From contig CP147778.1 of the NCBI GenBank assembly GCA_037305845.1, forward strand, positions 2,336,001-2,400,000: DNA of 64,000 bases. Direction: 5' to 3'. A program made the position numbers and the translations under genes. This document shows positions 1 through 9,029 of the stretch, in pieces (the first letter of the stretch is position 1; each line of letters opens with the position of its first letter). Origin of the DNA: Candidatus Freyarchaeum deiterrae. Lineage in GTDB: Archaea > Asgardarchaeota > Jordiarchaeia > Jordiarchaeales > Jordiarchaeaceae. The notes below the pieces were generated by a model. It saw nothing but the letters and a program-made list of their open reading frames with translations. It ran no database searches and had not been told where the DNA came from.

Positions 1-941
1 CCGCTTCCGGCACAGTACAGTTAAAAGCTTATGATTCCGCAGGATCAATACCAGCTTGGATTAGTGGTGACAGTGTCATAATAACCCCCCACTACCCAGT
101 TCCGCCAAATGGAACTTACGCCTATTATGTGATCTACTCCATTCCAATTGACTTTTCACAAGTGGGCAGCTCCGGTTCATACCTGTTTGCGTTCAACATT
201 CTGCCCAGTTACGGAGCATTAATTGACAACTTTTACGTATCGCTAACATTCAACAACTTCGCGAGCATATCATCACAGAGCCCCCCGACAATCTCTATAT
301 CCTCCTCAATTGCTGAGAACACTTATCTTTACTCTTTTAACAATGTCCTTCCCACCCAAAACGTGGAAGCCTACGCTACATACAGTATTGGTTTGCCAAC
401 AACATACCTCCGTCCACTCGTCTTCATGTTAATCTTCGGATCTATAGCAATAGCCTATGTAGTTATCAGATCACGCCGCGTAGAAGAAGCTGCGCCCATC
501 ATAGTAAGCCCTGCAGAAGTTGTGGCTCCCGTTCTTCGCGAATTCTGCGACCTGTACGAAGAAAAGAACTCACTAATACTCGAAATGGACAGTTTACGCG
601 AGGATGTTCTTAGAAAAAAGATTAGAAAAATAGAATACAATCAGAGAGCCAGAAACTCTGAAAAAGAGATATCCAGACTTAGCATACAGATAGACCAGAA
701 AAAAACAGAAGTGCTAAAATCAAACAATAAATTCGAGTCGGATTTCAGTTTCTTGGAAATAAACGAGGCTGACCGAGACCATGCCAAAATAACGCTCCAG
801 CACCTTAAACGAAGATACTTTATGAAACGCTTATCCAAAGAAACATACATCAAACTCAGCGAGGAACAAGAAAAGAAACTCAACAAGGCAGAATCCAACA
901 TAGACAAGAAAATTCAAGACCTACGCAGAGAAGCAAGCTAA
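1..941 (+). CDS. Ribophorin I (OST1)-like membrane protein, 5' truncated by window edge
   Basis: Frame is open from position 3 (ASGTVQLKAYDSAGSIPAW...ITPHYPVPPNGTYAYYVIYSIP), resembling ribophorin I YxDxxGxI and PR(F/Y)PL..GW...Y.LP motifs; single TM (LVFMLIFGSIAIAYVVI) then a cytoplasmic coiled-coil tail. Confidence 0.65.
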   Translation, partial: ASGTVQLKAYDSAGSIPAWISGDSVIITPHYPVPPNGTYAYYVIYSIPIDFSQVGSSGSYLFAFNILPSYGALIDNFYVSLTFNNFASISSQSPPTISISSSIAENTYLYSFNNVLPTQNVEAYATYSIGLPTTYLRPLVFMLIFGSIAIAYVVIRSRRVEEAAPIIVSPAEVVAPVLREFCDLYEEKNSLILEMDSLREDVLRKKIRKIEYNQRARNSEKEISRLSIQIDQKKTEVLKSNNKFESDFSFLEINEADRDHAKITLQHLKRRYFMKRLSKETYIKLSEEQEKKLNKAESNIDKKIQDLRREAS

Positions 942-1183
942 ACCGCATCTTTCCATCTTTATTCTAAAACACACTTTTCAATTTACATTTTTATTCATCA
1001 AGCTTACTTTACTTAATACACCGCGTTTCGGTAACTATTTTTGAATTTGGAAAGACTCTTCGATGAATATGCGGCTTCCCGTTTGATGGTTTTTCAAGCT
1101 CAACAATACTTCTAGATGGTTTCTTGAAATCCTATTCACACTATTTGAAAATGAGAATCGAGAATTAGAAGAATGAAGAATAT

Positions 1184-1289
1184 TGGTAGCGCCGCGCAGA
1201 TTCGAATTCCGCGGCCACACAAAAGCTGTAGCTACTCTGCGGTCTCGGGGTCCAAAGCCCCATATGCTTGTCCTCTACACCACGGCGCT
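1184..1289 (-). tRNA. tRNA-Gln(UUG) with encoded CCA and a 30-nt non-canonical intron at 53/54 (intron 1207..1236)
   Basis: Reverse complement AGCGCCG-TGGTGTAGAGGACAAGCAT-A-TGGGG-CTTTGGA-CCCCG-AGAC-CGCAG[intron]TTCGAAT-CTGCG-CGGCGCT-ACCA; removing 30 nt gives a 76-nt cloverleaf; BHB with central helix CCGC/GCGG and bulges AG|A and AA|T. Confidence 0.93.
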
Positions 1290-1317
1290 CCGAGAACTGG
1301 ATAAGAAATCTTACAGT

Positions 1318-1333
1318 TATTTTATATATTTTT
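1318..1333 (-). promoter_or_regulatory. Probable TATA box of tRNA-Gln
   Basis: Minus-strand AAAAATATATAAAATA about 30-45 nt upstream of the mature tRNA 5' end. Confidence 0.45.
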
Positions 1334-1399
1334 CTACTTTTTAACTGTTATCATTAGGATGCCAACATTATTGATTAGAGTCCAGGATACCGTTTGAAC

Positions 1400-1613
1400 C
1401 TAATCTTCTTCTATGGAGATAGCTCCCGCCTCACACTGTATCTCACATGCCCTGCAAACCAAGCACTCTTCTTCGGCCGCCGCCTTTGCTAAACCATCCT
1501 TAAGCTTGTAAACCGCAGCGGGGCAAATTTTTACGCGGTCAGACTATGTCTTGTACCTTTACGCATACCCCGCAGCCAGTGCATTTGTTCTTATCCACTC
1601 TAATTTTCACCAT
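1400..1613 (-). CDS. 2[4Fe-4S] ferredoxin (61 aa after splicing; exons 1613..1559 and 1530..1400), interrupted by a 28-nt putative BHB intron; alternatively a pseudogene
   Basis: GAGGTG SD then ATG; joined product MVKIRVDKNKCTGCGVCVKICPAAVYKLKDGLAKAAAEEECLVCRACEIQCEAGAISIEED has two intact CxxCxxCxxxC motifs; the unspliced frame stops at TGA after 24 codons. Confidence 0.85.
1531..1558 (-). other. Putative BHB-type mRNA intron (28 nt)
   Basis: GCGT-AA|A-GGTACAAGACATAGTCTGACC-GCGT-AA|A: central helix GCGU/GCGU (GU, CG, GC, UG), two AAA bulges, inner hairpin GGU/ACC plus AGAC/GUCU, exon-exon helix GCGGGGUA/UGCCCCGC. Confidence 0.75.
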
Positions 1614-1749
1614 TTTCTGGGCACCTCATTAATTTGTTGGCTCAACAAGTGGAGACTATAAGTGATTCTTTTGTACTAATTATTTATTTTCTTAATAGGG
1701 CTGAAATTCTCATAAAAAAGAGAATTAGGGCATTCAACTATTTTTTTTC

Positions 1750-2361
1750 CTACTTTAAGTTGAAAGGCTTTCCCTCGTTTAATACCTTTTTGGGAATTTT
1801 ATCCTTCCACTTCTCCAGAAAGGCTTTGTCATCCTTAGCCTCACGAAGATCGTCGGGTAACATGTGGGGAATTGTTTCTATTACTGGGTACCATCTGCCG
1901 CACTTGTCACAGAGTATTACTCCCTCCTCAACTTCGGCTCTGTACAACAGCCAGTTTAACAGGTGTATATCCAAGTTGAGTTCAGGAGTGAGACTAGAAG
2001 GGAGCTTACCCTTTTTTATTTCCAGAGCGCTTTTTATCAACTGTACTGACGGGGCATCGCTTAAATCCTCAATTGTCATTAATATGTCCAATTTTTCGGA
2101 GAATGTTTCCAGATATTCTTGGAGGGGGACTGGTTCCCTAGTCATTTCATCCTCAATCTTAACTGTGGACCCTGATTGATCTGTTTTAATCCTGTCCTTC
2201 AACTCCTTTTTTAGGAAGTTCGAGTCTTTCTTTTTGAGATCCTCATTGACTTTCTGGAAGTCCTCCTTTTTTGTTTCCCATGTGAAAATTTTGAGCTTTA
2301 GAGGATAATTTTTACAACCACTTATCGGGCAAGCTAAGATATCTAACAACCAAAGCTTCAT
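1750..2361 (-). CDS. trm112: Trm112-like methyltransferase activator (long form)
   Basis: MKLWLLDILACP...YPLKL N-terminus and EGVILCDKCGRWYPVIETIPHMLPD C-terminus flanking a helical insert. Confidence 0.85.
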   Translation of the reverse strand: MKLWLLDILACPISGCKNYPLKLKIFTWETKKEDFQKVNEDLKKKDSNFLKKELKDRIKTDQSGSTVKIEDEMTREPVPLQEYLETFSEKLDILMTIEDLSDAPSVQLIKSALEIKKGKLPSSLTPELNLDIHLLNWLLYRAEVEEGVILCDKCGRWYPVIETIPHMLPDDLREAKDDKAFLEKWKDKIPKKVLNEGKPFNLK

Positions 2362-2578
2362 TTTTTAAACCTCTCTGATAATTATTAGTTTTCATTCTTG
2401 TTTCATTTTATATTCGTAGTATTAGATTACTGGTTTTAAATTAATTCTGCGTCAATGTTTCACTACATACCAGTAGCGTTGGTATGCCCTAGTGCTGAGG
2501 GCAATGTATTAACGATAAGATAAAAATTTAATATAAAAACTTTTGTATAAATTTCTTTGTCAAACAAATTCCAGCAGA

Positions 2579-3718
2579 TTATATTCTTGTTCTTACTGTG
2601 CCGCTTATTCGACCTTTAACCCAAAGGTCCGGCCAAATTCTTGAACCTGGCAAAACTGTGCTCGAATCTGCAATTACACAGTTGGGCCCCACAACTGCTA
2701 ATTTACCTATATCCACCTTGTTTCCTACTTCACAATTTTCAGCTATGATACATTCTTGGAGGTGTGCACTAGAAGCGATTATTGAATCTTGATACATTAC
2801 TGCCTTGTCAACTTTGGTATAACTACCTATAGTTACCCCCGACTTCACTATTGAACCGGGTTGAATTTGAGCGCCTGCTTCTATTGTGCAATCGTTTTCA
2901 ATAATTACCGGACCCTCAACTTTCGTACCTTTTTTAATAACAGTGTTTTCTCCGATGTAGACTGGGCCTTCTACTTTCCCCTCTATTTCAGCGGTTTCAC
3001 TAATATACTTGTTTATTTGGTTAACAATCCATTCTGTAGCTTTCATATAACCCTCGGGTTTCCCCACATCTACCCAAAACCCTTCAGCCCTATAACCATA
3101 GATCCGCTTACCCCTCTTTAGCAACTGGGGAAACAAATCTTTTGCAAAATCAAAAGGAGTGTTTGCAGGAATGTAATCCAAAATCTCGGGTTCCAGAACG
3201 TAGAGACCCGTGCTGGCGAGGTTGCTAAAACATTCATCAGGTTTTGGCTTTTCAAGAAATTTCTTGACCTGATTTTTTCTGTTTAACTCCGCAATGCCGA
3301 ATTGCCACGGGTTTTCAACATCGATGAGTGAAATTGTGGCTATACCCTTCTTTTCCTTATGATATTTCAGGGCTTCTGCGAGACTTATCTCTGTAATGTT
3401 ATCTGCCTGTATTATACCAAAGGGTTCGTCGAGATATTTTTCAGCGTTTTTGACGGATCCCGCGGTTCCGAGCGGTTCATTCTCTTTCGGATAATATAGT
3501 TTTACACCGAACTCTTGTCCGTCTCCAAAATAATTCTTTATTTTTTCTTCTAGATAGTTAGTCGTGATAATAATCTCATCAAAACCTCTTTTACTAAGGG
3601 AGTCAATTATCCAGTGTAAGACTGGTTTATCGCAAATAGGTAACATGGTTTTCGGTGTAGTATACGTCAAAGGACGTAATCTTGTGCCATAACCACCCGC
3701 TAGAATAACTGCTTTCAA
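2579..3718 (-). CDS. NDP-sugar pyrophosphorylase (mannose-1-phosphate guanylyltransferase-like) with LbH domain
   Basis: ILAGGYGTRLRPLT..PK, EPLGTAG, FLEKP, WVDVG motifs and C-terminal hexapeptide repeats. Confidence 0.9.
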   Translation of the reverse strand: MKAVILAGGYGTRLRPLTYTTPKTMLPICDKPVLHWIIDSLSKRGFDEIIITTNYLEEKIKNYFGDGQEFGVKLYYPKENEPLGTAGSVKNAEKYLDEPFGIIQADNITEISLAEALKYHKEKKGIATISLIDVENPWQFGIAELNRKNQVKKFLEKPKPDECFSNLASTGLYVLEPEILDYIPANTPFDFAKDLFPQLLKRGKRIYGYRAEGFWVDVGKPEGYMKATEWIVNQINKYISETAEIEGKVEGPVYIGENTVIKKGTKVEGPVIIENDCTIEAGAQIQPGSIVKSGVTIGSYTKVDKAVMYQDSIIASSAHLQECIIAENCEVGNKVDIGKLAVVGPNCVIADSSTVLPGSRIWPDLWVKGRISGTVRTRI

Positions 3719-4382
3719 GAAACTACCTCCCTTCTAAGACCAAACCAGCATTTTTATTGTTATTATCAGGTAAACGTAATTTTGTTTCTAGTTTACCTCT
3801 TCGATTGTAATCTCTTACACTAGGTAAGATTGTGATGCTGTAAAACTTATTGTATTGTTGTTTTCTGAATTAACCTCTCCCACGATATAAATGTAGTGGT
3901 TAGATTCCGGAAATATTTTTCAAGCGCGTAATTGGAATTAACAAGGTTGATTTTTAACTTCCACCTTCTAGAGAAATATAACAAGTATAATCTATGGAAA
4001 AGCAAAAAAGTTAATGGATAAAATAAAACCAATATACAAAACCTTACGCCATCGGCTCTTTATCTGAGGAAGATTAGGCGCCAAGATTACTTTTATTTCA
4101 AAATTTTAAAGGCCAAGAAAATCGGGATACGGATAATCGGCGCATTTTTTTCAATAATAGTCTTATTTTACTATTTATCTTCAATTTCTAAATTAATAGG
4201 GCACGACACTAAGTTTTCATCGAATTAAAAAATTTATTAACGGGGGGATACTAGAAAATTTAATAATATGGGAGCTCTTTCTCTTATCCATGCTTTTTAC
4301 TGAATAAGGGAGACCCAGGGTATTTGTGGGCGACATATATAACATGACTGAGCATAGTTCTAGAAACATTGGTGGGATTTAA

Positions 4383-6563
4383 TTGGTTGCAAGTCTGGAA
4401 AAGATAAAGGGTATAGGCAAAAAAGTAGAGGAAAAGTTAGTGGAACACTTTGGATCAGAAGAAGAAGCGCTTGATGCCGTTTTAAATGGAAGAATATCCG
4501 AAATAGGCGGAATTCCCGGCATAGGCCTGGGTAAGGCGCTACAAATCGTAAAGAACGCCTATGAAGAGGTAGAAGGTGTAACTTCTTCTCAAGTTCTTAA
4601 AACCGATGATATTCAGGAAATTTATGATCACATACTAGAAATAGTCCGATCCTATGCCAGAACAACATACGGTAAAGATAAAATGGCGCTTTACTGGCCC
4701 CTCCCTCCCTCCAAGATAGATAAGATAAAAAACAATTTGACTCGTTTTATCGAGTCTAAGGAAATTATTGAAACCATAGGGAAAGAAAAAGTTGATGAAA
4801 TATCCGAGTTACTGGGCGCCCTTGCTCCCCTTAAAAAGGGTATGATTAAAAAGAAGATAGAGGGTAGGACGATTCTCACAAAAAGTGAAGAGACTTACAA
4901 AGAAATACGAAAACAAAAAATTGAACACTACTGCAATGTAGCTTTATTAGACCCCAATGAAAAAACCGCGGAATACGCCCAGGGATACGACCTAGCTTTG
5001 TACATACCGTCAACCGGCGGTGATTATGACAGTTCACTTGATTATGCTGAAAACGTTTTCATGATCCCCAAAGAATGGACCGCAAACGATTTGGTTCCAG
5101 AATTAACCATCGAATTTTATTCGGTAAACTACAAGGTCATAAATGCCGCCTGTGAGCTGGCTAAAACAATTAACACTCTCCCGGACGGAGAAGCCCTAAA
5201 TGAATTCAAGTCACAACTGGATATTCAAGTCTTAGAAGAAGTGAAAACTCTTCTCGGATTAATTACCGAAGAGGGCCGCGTATCCGAAGGATACAATGCT
5301 GAACTGGATAGATTCGGGAAGGCGTTAGCAAGTTTTGACACCGCGGTAATGGACACAGAAACCTGGTTAAATGACGAGATAAGAAAAAGACTATCTGACA
5401 GCGAAGCAAAACTCGGAGGAGAACAGATAATCAAGATTCTTGAAGCGGCGAGAAAAGACTCCATCGAAGCGGGGAGTCTTAAAAGTTACCTTCCAGGTGA
5501 GGTTAGTGACATTATAATAGACACCATGGGAAAAGCGGAAGACAGATTTTGCAAAATTCTAAATCTAACTTCCAAGGAAATAGCTTGGATAGATGGAATA
5601 TTCCCCACAGAAATTTTATTGCCCTTGGAACTAAATCGCTCCAAGACAATTGAATTAGAAAACACTCTGCGTAAACAATACAGTATTAAAGAATACACGA
5701 TATTAAGAGAGATCGCGGACAAACTTTCAAAATACATGGTAGTAGTAAGAAAGGCAGTTCAATCGGTTCTCGAATTCGACTTATTCTTCGCCGTAGGCTT
5801 ATTCTCCAAGGATTACGAGCTTAACATCCCAAAAATTCAAACCGAAAGCTGCGGAATTGGATTCGAAGGCGGACAGAATATCTTCCTAAAGGAGAACGAG
5901 CTCAAGGGAAAAGACAAAGTTGTTCCCATTAACTACATAGTAGGCGACCCCGGCTTCAAAATGGATGACACAAAGGGAGAACGCGTTGTAATGCTCTCGG
6001 GTGCAAATTCCGGAGGGAAAACCATGACCATCCACCTAATAGCCCAAATAGCCATACTATCTCAGATGGGATTCCCGATTCCAGCAAAGAAAGCAAGCGT
6101 AAGCATATACGACGAACTGTTTTACTTTGGAAAATCTCAAGGAATGGTCTCCGCGGGAGCTTTAGAAACAACGCTCAAAAGATTCGTATCCATAATAACT
6201 GATCCGGCTTCCAAACTCGCGTTATTCGATGAAGTGGAAGCCATGACCGAGTCAGGGGCAGCAGCCAAAATTATTGCCGGGATACTAGACATCATGTTCG
6301 AAAACAAAAGTACATGCGCAGTTTTCGTTAGCCACTTATCTCAGGAAATAATAGACCTAACCAAAACTCCCATCAGGGTGGACGGTATCTCTGCCAAAGG
6401 GCTTGACGAAAACCTTAACCTCGTAGTTGATAGAACACCAAGATTTAACTATCTAGCCAAATCAACACCAGAACTAATACTACAAAGATTATACTCCCTC
6501 TCCAAAGGCGAAGAAAAAGAGGTTTTCGGAAACATCCTAAAAAAAGTGAGCGAAAAAGAATAA
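4383..6563 (+). CDS. Archaeal MutS-related ATPase with N-terminal HhH motifs
   Basis: IKGIG and IPGIG HhH motifs; SGANSGGKT Walker A; SAGALE; LFDEVE; VSHL; no mismatch-binding domain I. Confidence 0.85.
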   Translation: MVASLEKIKGIGKKVEEKLVEHFGSEEEALDAVLNGRISEIGGIPGIGLGKALQIVKNAYEEVEGVTSSQVLKTDDIQEIYDHILEIVRSYARTTYGKDKMALYWPLPPSKIDKIKNNLTRFIESKEIIETIGKEKVDEISELLGALAPLKKGMIKKKIEGRTILTKSEETYKEIRKQKIEHYCNVALLDPNEKTAEYAQGYDLALYIPSTGGDYDSSLDYAENVFMIPKEWTANDLVPELTIEFYSVNYKVINAACELAKTINTLPDGEALNEFKSQLDIQVLEEVKTLLGLITEEGRVSEGYNAELDRFGKALASFDTAVMDTETWLNDEIRKRLSDSEAKLGGEQIIKILEAARKDSIEAGSLKSYLPGEVSDIIIDTMGKAEDRFCKILNLTSKEIAWIDGIFPTEILLPLELNRSKTIELENTLRKQYSIKEYTILREIADKLSKYMVVVRKAVQSVLEFDLFFAVGLFSKDYELNIPKIQTESCGIGFEGGQNIFLKENELKGKDKVVPINYIVGDPGFKMDDTKGERVVMLSGANSGGKTMTIHLIAQIAILSQMGFPIPAKKASVSIYDELFYFGKSQGMVSAGALETTLKRFVSIITDPASKLALFDEVEAMTESGAAAKIIAGILDIMFENKSTCAVFVSHLSQEIIDLTKTPIRVDGISAKGLDENLNLVVDRTPRFNYLAKSTPELILQRLYSLSKGEEKEVFGNILKKVSEKE

Positions 6564-6687
6564 ACAAACCAAATTCGGCGAATCATTCTTTTAATTTTTT
6601 AATCAAAACTTTTTTGAAATATGAAACCGCTCACGAATCGGCTGACTTTAAACAAGCCCAAAAAATATTTTTTTAGTAATTGAGATT

Positions 6688-7494
6688 TCAACCACCGGCT
6701 TCTATCCTGATTTTGTCTCCTACCTTCAGACCCAGCTTATTAGCGGCGTTGCCCTGATTTATCGATATCTCCAAAAAGTCATAACTTCCAATAACACAAA
6801 CATAGTCCCCTCCCTTAACATAACCATATGCTCTTTTGAATGGAGAGCTAATTCTTTTGCCACCAATACTGACATTCATGTTGATATCATATTTTACATT
6901 GATTTTCTCCAAGTCTTTTTCAGTTATATTAGTTATACCATTACCAAACTGATCGATATGTATAATCTCCCCCAAAATCACTCCATCTTCAACAATAGAT
7001 TTTTGAAAGCTCCAACGAATATAGTCGTTAATTTTAGGGCCTACCAGTCGAGGTTTGACTCCATTTGCCAAGTGTGCCGCTACCGGTGAAAAAATAGTTA
7101 AACCGTGAAAAGTATGTGTTTTCTTTTTGAGCATTAGCTCCTCATTTTTGATTTCATAAACATTCTTAACGCCCTCTCTATCCATGAAGAGTGAAAAGAG
7201 ACCATTATCCGGACCGACAGCCAAGAACCGTTCAGTTTCCACAACTATTCCCCTTCTCTCCGTGCCCACACCCGGATCAACTACACATACAAAAATAGTG
7301 CCCTTCGGAAAATAGGATGCCGCCGAAGCAAAAACAAAAGCACCGTCCTTTATATCAAAAGAAGGAACTTCATGAGAAATATCAATTATCTGAGCCTCCG
7401 GACATATGCCCAGTATTGTACCCTTCATAGCTGCTACCGACGATTCCTTAAACCCAAAATCGGTCAATAAAGCAATAACCCTCAGCTTCGCCAT
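6688..7494 (-). CDS. SAM hydrolase / SAM-dependent halogenase family (DUF62)
   Basis: LLTDFG, DISH, VVDPGVGTER, GPDNG, TFHG, HIDQFGN; start moved to ATG 7494 behind a purine-rich SD-like stretch. Confidence 0.9.
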   Translation of the reverse strand: MAKLRVIALLTDFGFKESSVAAMKGTILGICPEAQIIDISHEVPSFDIKDGAFVFASAASYFPKGTIFVCVVDPGVGTERRGIVVETERFLAVGPDNGLFSLFMDREGVKNVYEIKNEELMLKKKTHTFHGLTIFSPVAAHLANGVKPRLVGPKINDYIRWSFQKSIVEDGVILGEIIHIDQFGNGITNITEKDLEKINVKYDINMNVSIGGKRISSPFKRAYGYVKGGDYVCVIGSYDFLEISINQGNAANKLGLKVGDKIRIEAGG

Positions 7495-7657
7495 TAAATG
7501 GACACCCCTTCCTAACATTAGTTTAACATAATATTCATGAGTCATATAACTTTATTTTCCAAATATTTTTTTAATAAAATACAAATAAAGAAACATATAA
7601 AGGATATTAGATAACCTGTTAATAAGCAAAAACCAAATAGAATAAAGGGTAATACTG

Positions 7658-8206
7658 ATGACTCGAGGTCTATTTGTCGGCAGATTTCAACCATTCCACC
7701 TCGGACACCTGCACGTAATAAAAGAATTGCTAGAAAAAGTAGATGAACTAATAATAGCCATTGGCAGCGCCCAGTACAGTCATACTTTCAAGGATCCTTT
7801 TAATGCGGGTGAGAGGATTTGGATGGTTAGAAGTGCATTAAACGATAATGATGTAGACCCGAGAAGATATTATGTTATACCTATTCCGGATGTTCATGAT
7901 AACCGCATCTGGGTGGCGCACGTAACATCTTACACTCCCCCCTTCAGAATAGTTTTTTCAAATAACTCCTTAGTGAAAGTGTTATTCGAAGAAGCCGGGT
8001 ACGATGTTCAGCCTTCCCCAATGTATCACAGAGAATTGTACTGCGCCACGGAGATCCGCAAAAAAATTGTATCTAATGAAAAATGGGAACATCTTGTTCC
8101 TGATATCGTGGCAGAAATTATTAAGGAGATAGGGGGAGACAAAAGACTCAGAGAAATTGTGAAGAAGGATAACGAATCCGTAACTACTAGCAAAGACTCA
8201 GAATAA
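7658..8206 (+). CDS. nadM: Nicotinamide-nucleotide adenylyltransferase
   Basis: GRFQPFHLGH, IGSAQYSH..DPF.AGER, WVAHV, ATEIR. Confidence 0.92.
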   Translation: MTRGLFVGRFQPFHLGHLHVIKELLEKVDELIIAIGSAQYSHTFKDPFNAGERIWMVRSALNDNDVDPRRYYVIPIPDVHDNRIWVAHVTSYTPPFRIVFSNNSLVKVLFEEAGYDVQPSPMYHRELYCATEIRKKIVSNEKWEHLVPDIVAEIIKEIGGDKRLREIVKKDNESVTTSKDSE

Positions 8207-8294
8207 TTTCAAACTCTTAAAGAAGGTTATAACTGTCTTCACAATTACAGATTTTTTCCCTTTAATTTCAATCTTTCACACTGCGATAATTTCC

Positions 8295-9029
8295 TCAGTC
8301 AATGCCACTATTTCCATACCGATTATGGTGAGTGAATTCTTCCACATCGCGGCGTACTCTCAGGTATTTAGCTGGCGCAGAGACAGGGTACCCTAGACGG
8401 ATAGTATAAGCAATATTCATATATTCAGGGATATTGAGAATTCGCTTTACCTCTTTCGCTACAGGATACGCGCTGAAGACGCTCAGTATCTGAAGGCCGA
8501 TCCCTAGGGACTGAGCCATGAGCCACATGTTCTCCATAACACAACCAAGGCTTATAAAACCCAGAACATCCCCTTCCGAAGCAGGTGCTCTCTTTCTGGA
8601 ATCATAGATCACAACCAGAAGCACCGAACTACCATCAATCCTTTGGATTAGAGGCATAGGCGTGCTTTGGCGGGCTATCTCTTCCATCTTGGCAGGGTCT
8701 CTCCACGCGGGCGGAAACATGGTACCGAGAATTCCTACCTTCTTCTCAAGTAACTCCTCTTCCGAGAACGAAAGCTGTTCATAGTTCTCGCGCAAAAACT
8801 CTACTGAGATACTAGATTTAATGTTACCTATTTTTTCAAGAGCCTTCTTATCATCAACAACAAGAACCTCGAAGTTCTGCATGTTGTGAGCTGTGGGAGC
8901 CCACCTACCTGCCTCCAGGATCTGCCTCAAATCCTCTTTAGAAACCGGTCGACGAGAATCAAAGGGAACTCTTGACGATTGTCTTTGCTGGATAAGTTTC
9001 AGGATGTCACTCTCACTCATTACTACCAT
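8295..9029 (-). CDS. Nitroreductase family protein
   Basis: RQSSR, ILEAGRWAPTAHNMQ, ENMWLMAQSLGIG, IRLGYP. Confidence 0.88.
   Translation of the reverse strand: MVVMSESDILKLIQQRQSSRVPFDSRRPVSKEDLRQILEAGRWAPTAHNMQNFEVLVVDDKKALEKIGNIKSSISVEFLRENYEQLSFSEEELLEKKVGILGTMFPPAWRDPAKMEEIARQSTPMPLIQRIDGSSVLLVVIYDSRKRAPASEGDVLGFISLGCVMENMWLMAQSLGIGLQILSVFSAYPVAKEVKRILNIPEYMNIAYTIRLGYPVSAPAKYLRVRRDVEEFTHHNRYGNSGID

Noticed and set aside
1035-1220. 61-aa minus-strand ORF
   Set aside because: Overlaps the tRNA and has no protein-like features
1539-1541. In-frame TGA in the ferredoxin as a selenocysteine codon
   Set aside because: It is not at a Cys position, and read-through gives PRKNLPRCGLQA* in the wrong frame; only removal of 28 nt restores the protein
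1634-2179. Long antisense ORFs (also e.g. 9496..9984, 14960..15388, 32849..33292, 47823..48341, 52630..53052)
   Set aside because: Shadows of well-supported genes on the opposite strand; Ser/Phe/Leu-rich with no motifs
4269-4355. Possible C/D or H/ACA sRNA upstream of the MutS-like gene (hairpin, two CTGA)
   Set aside because: No convincing RUGAUGA box or K-turn geometry; cannot be supported without a covariance search
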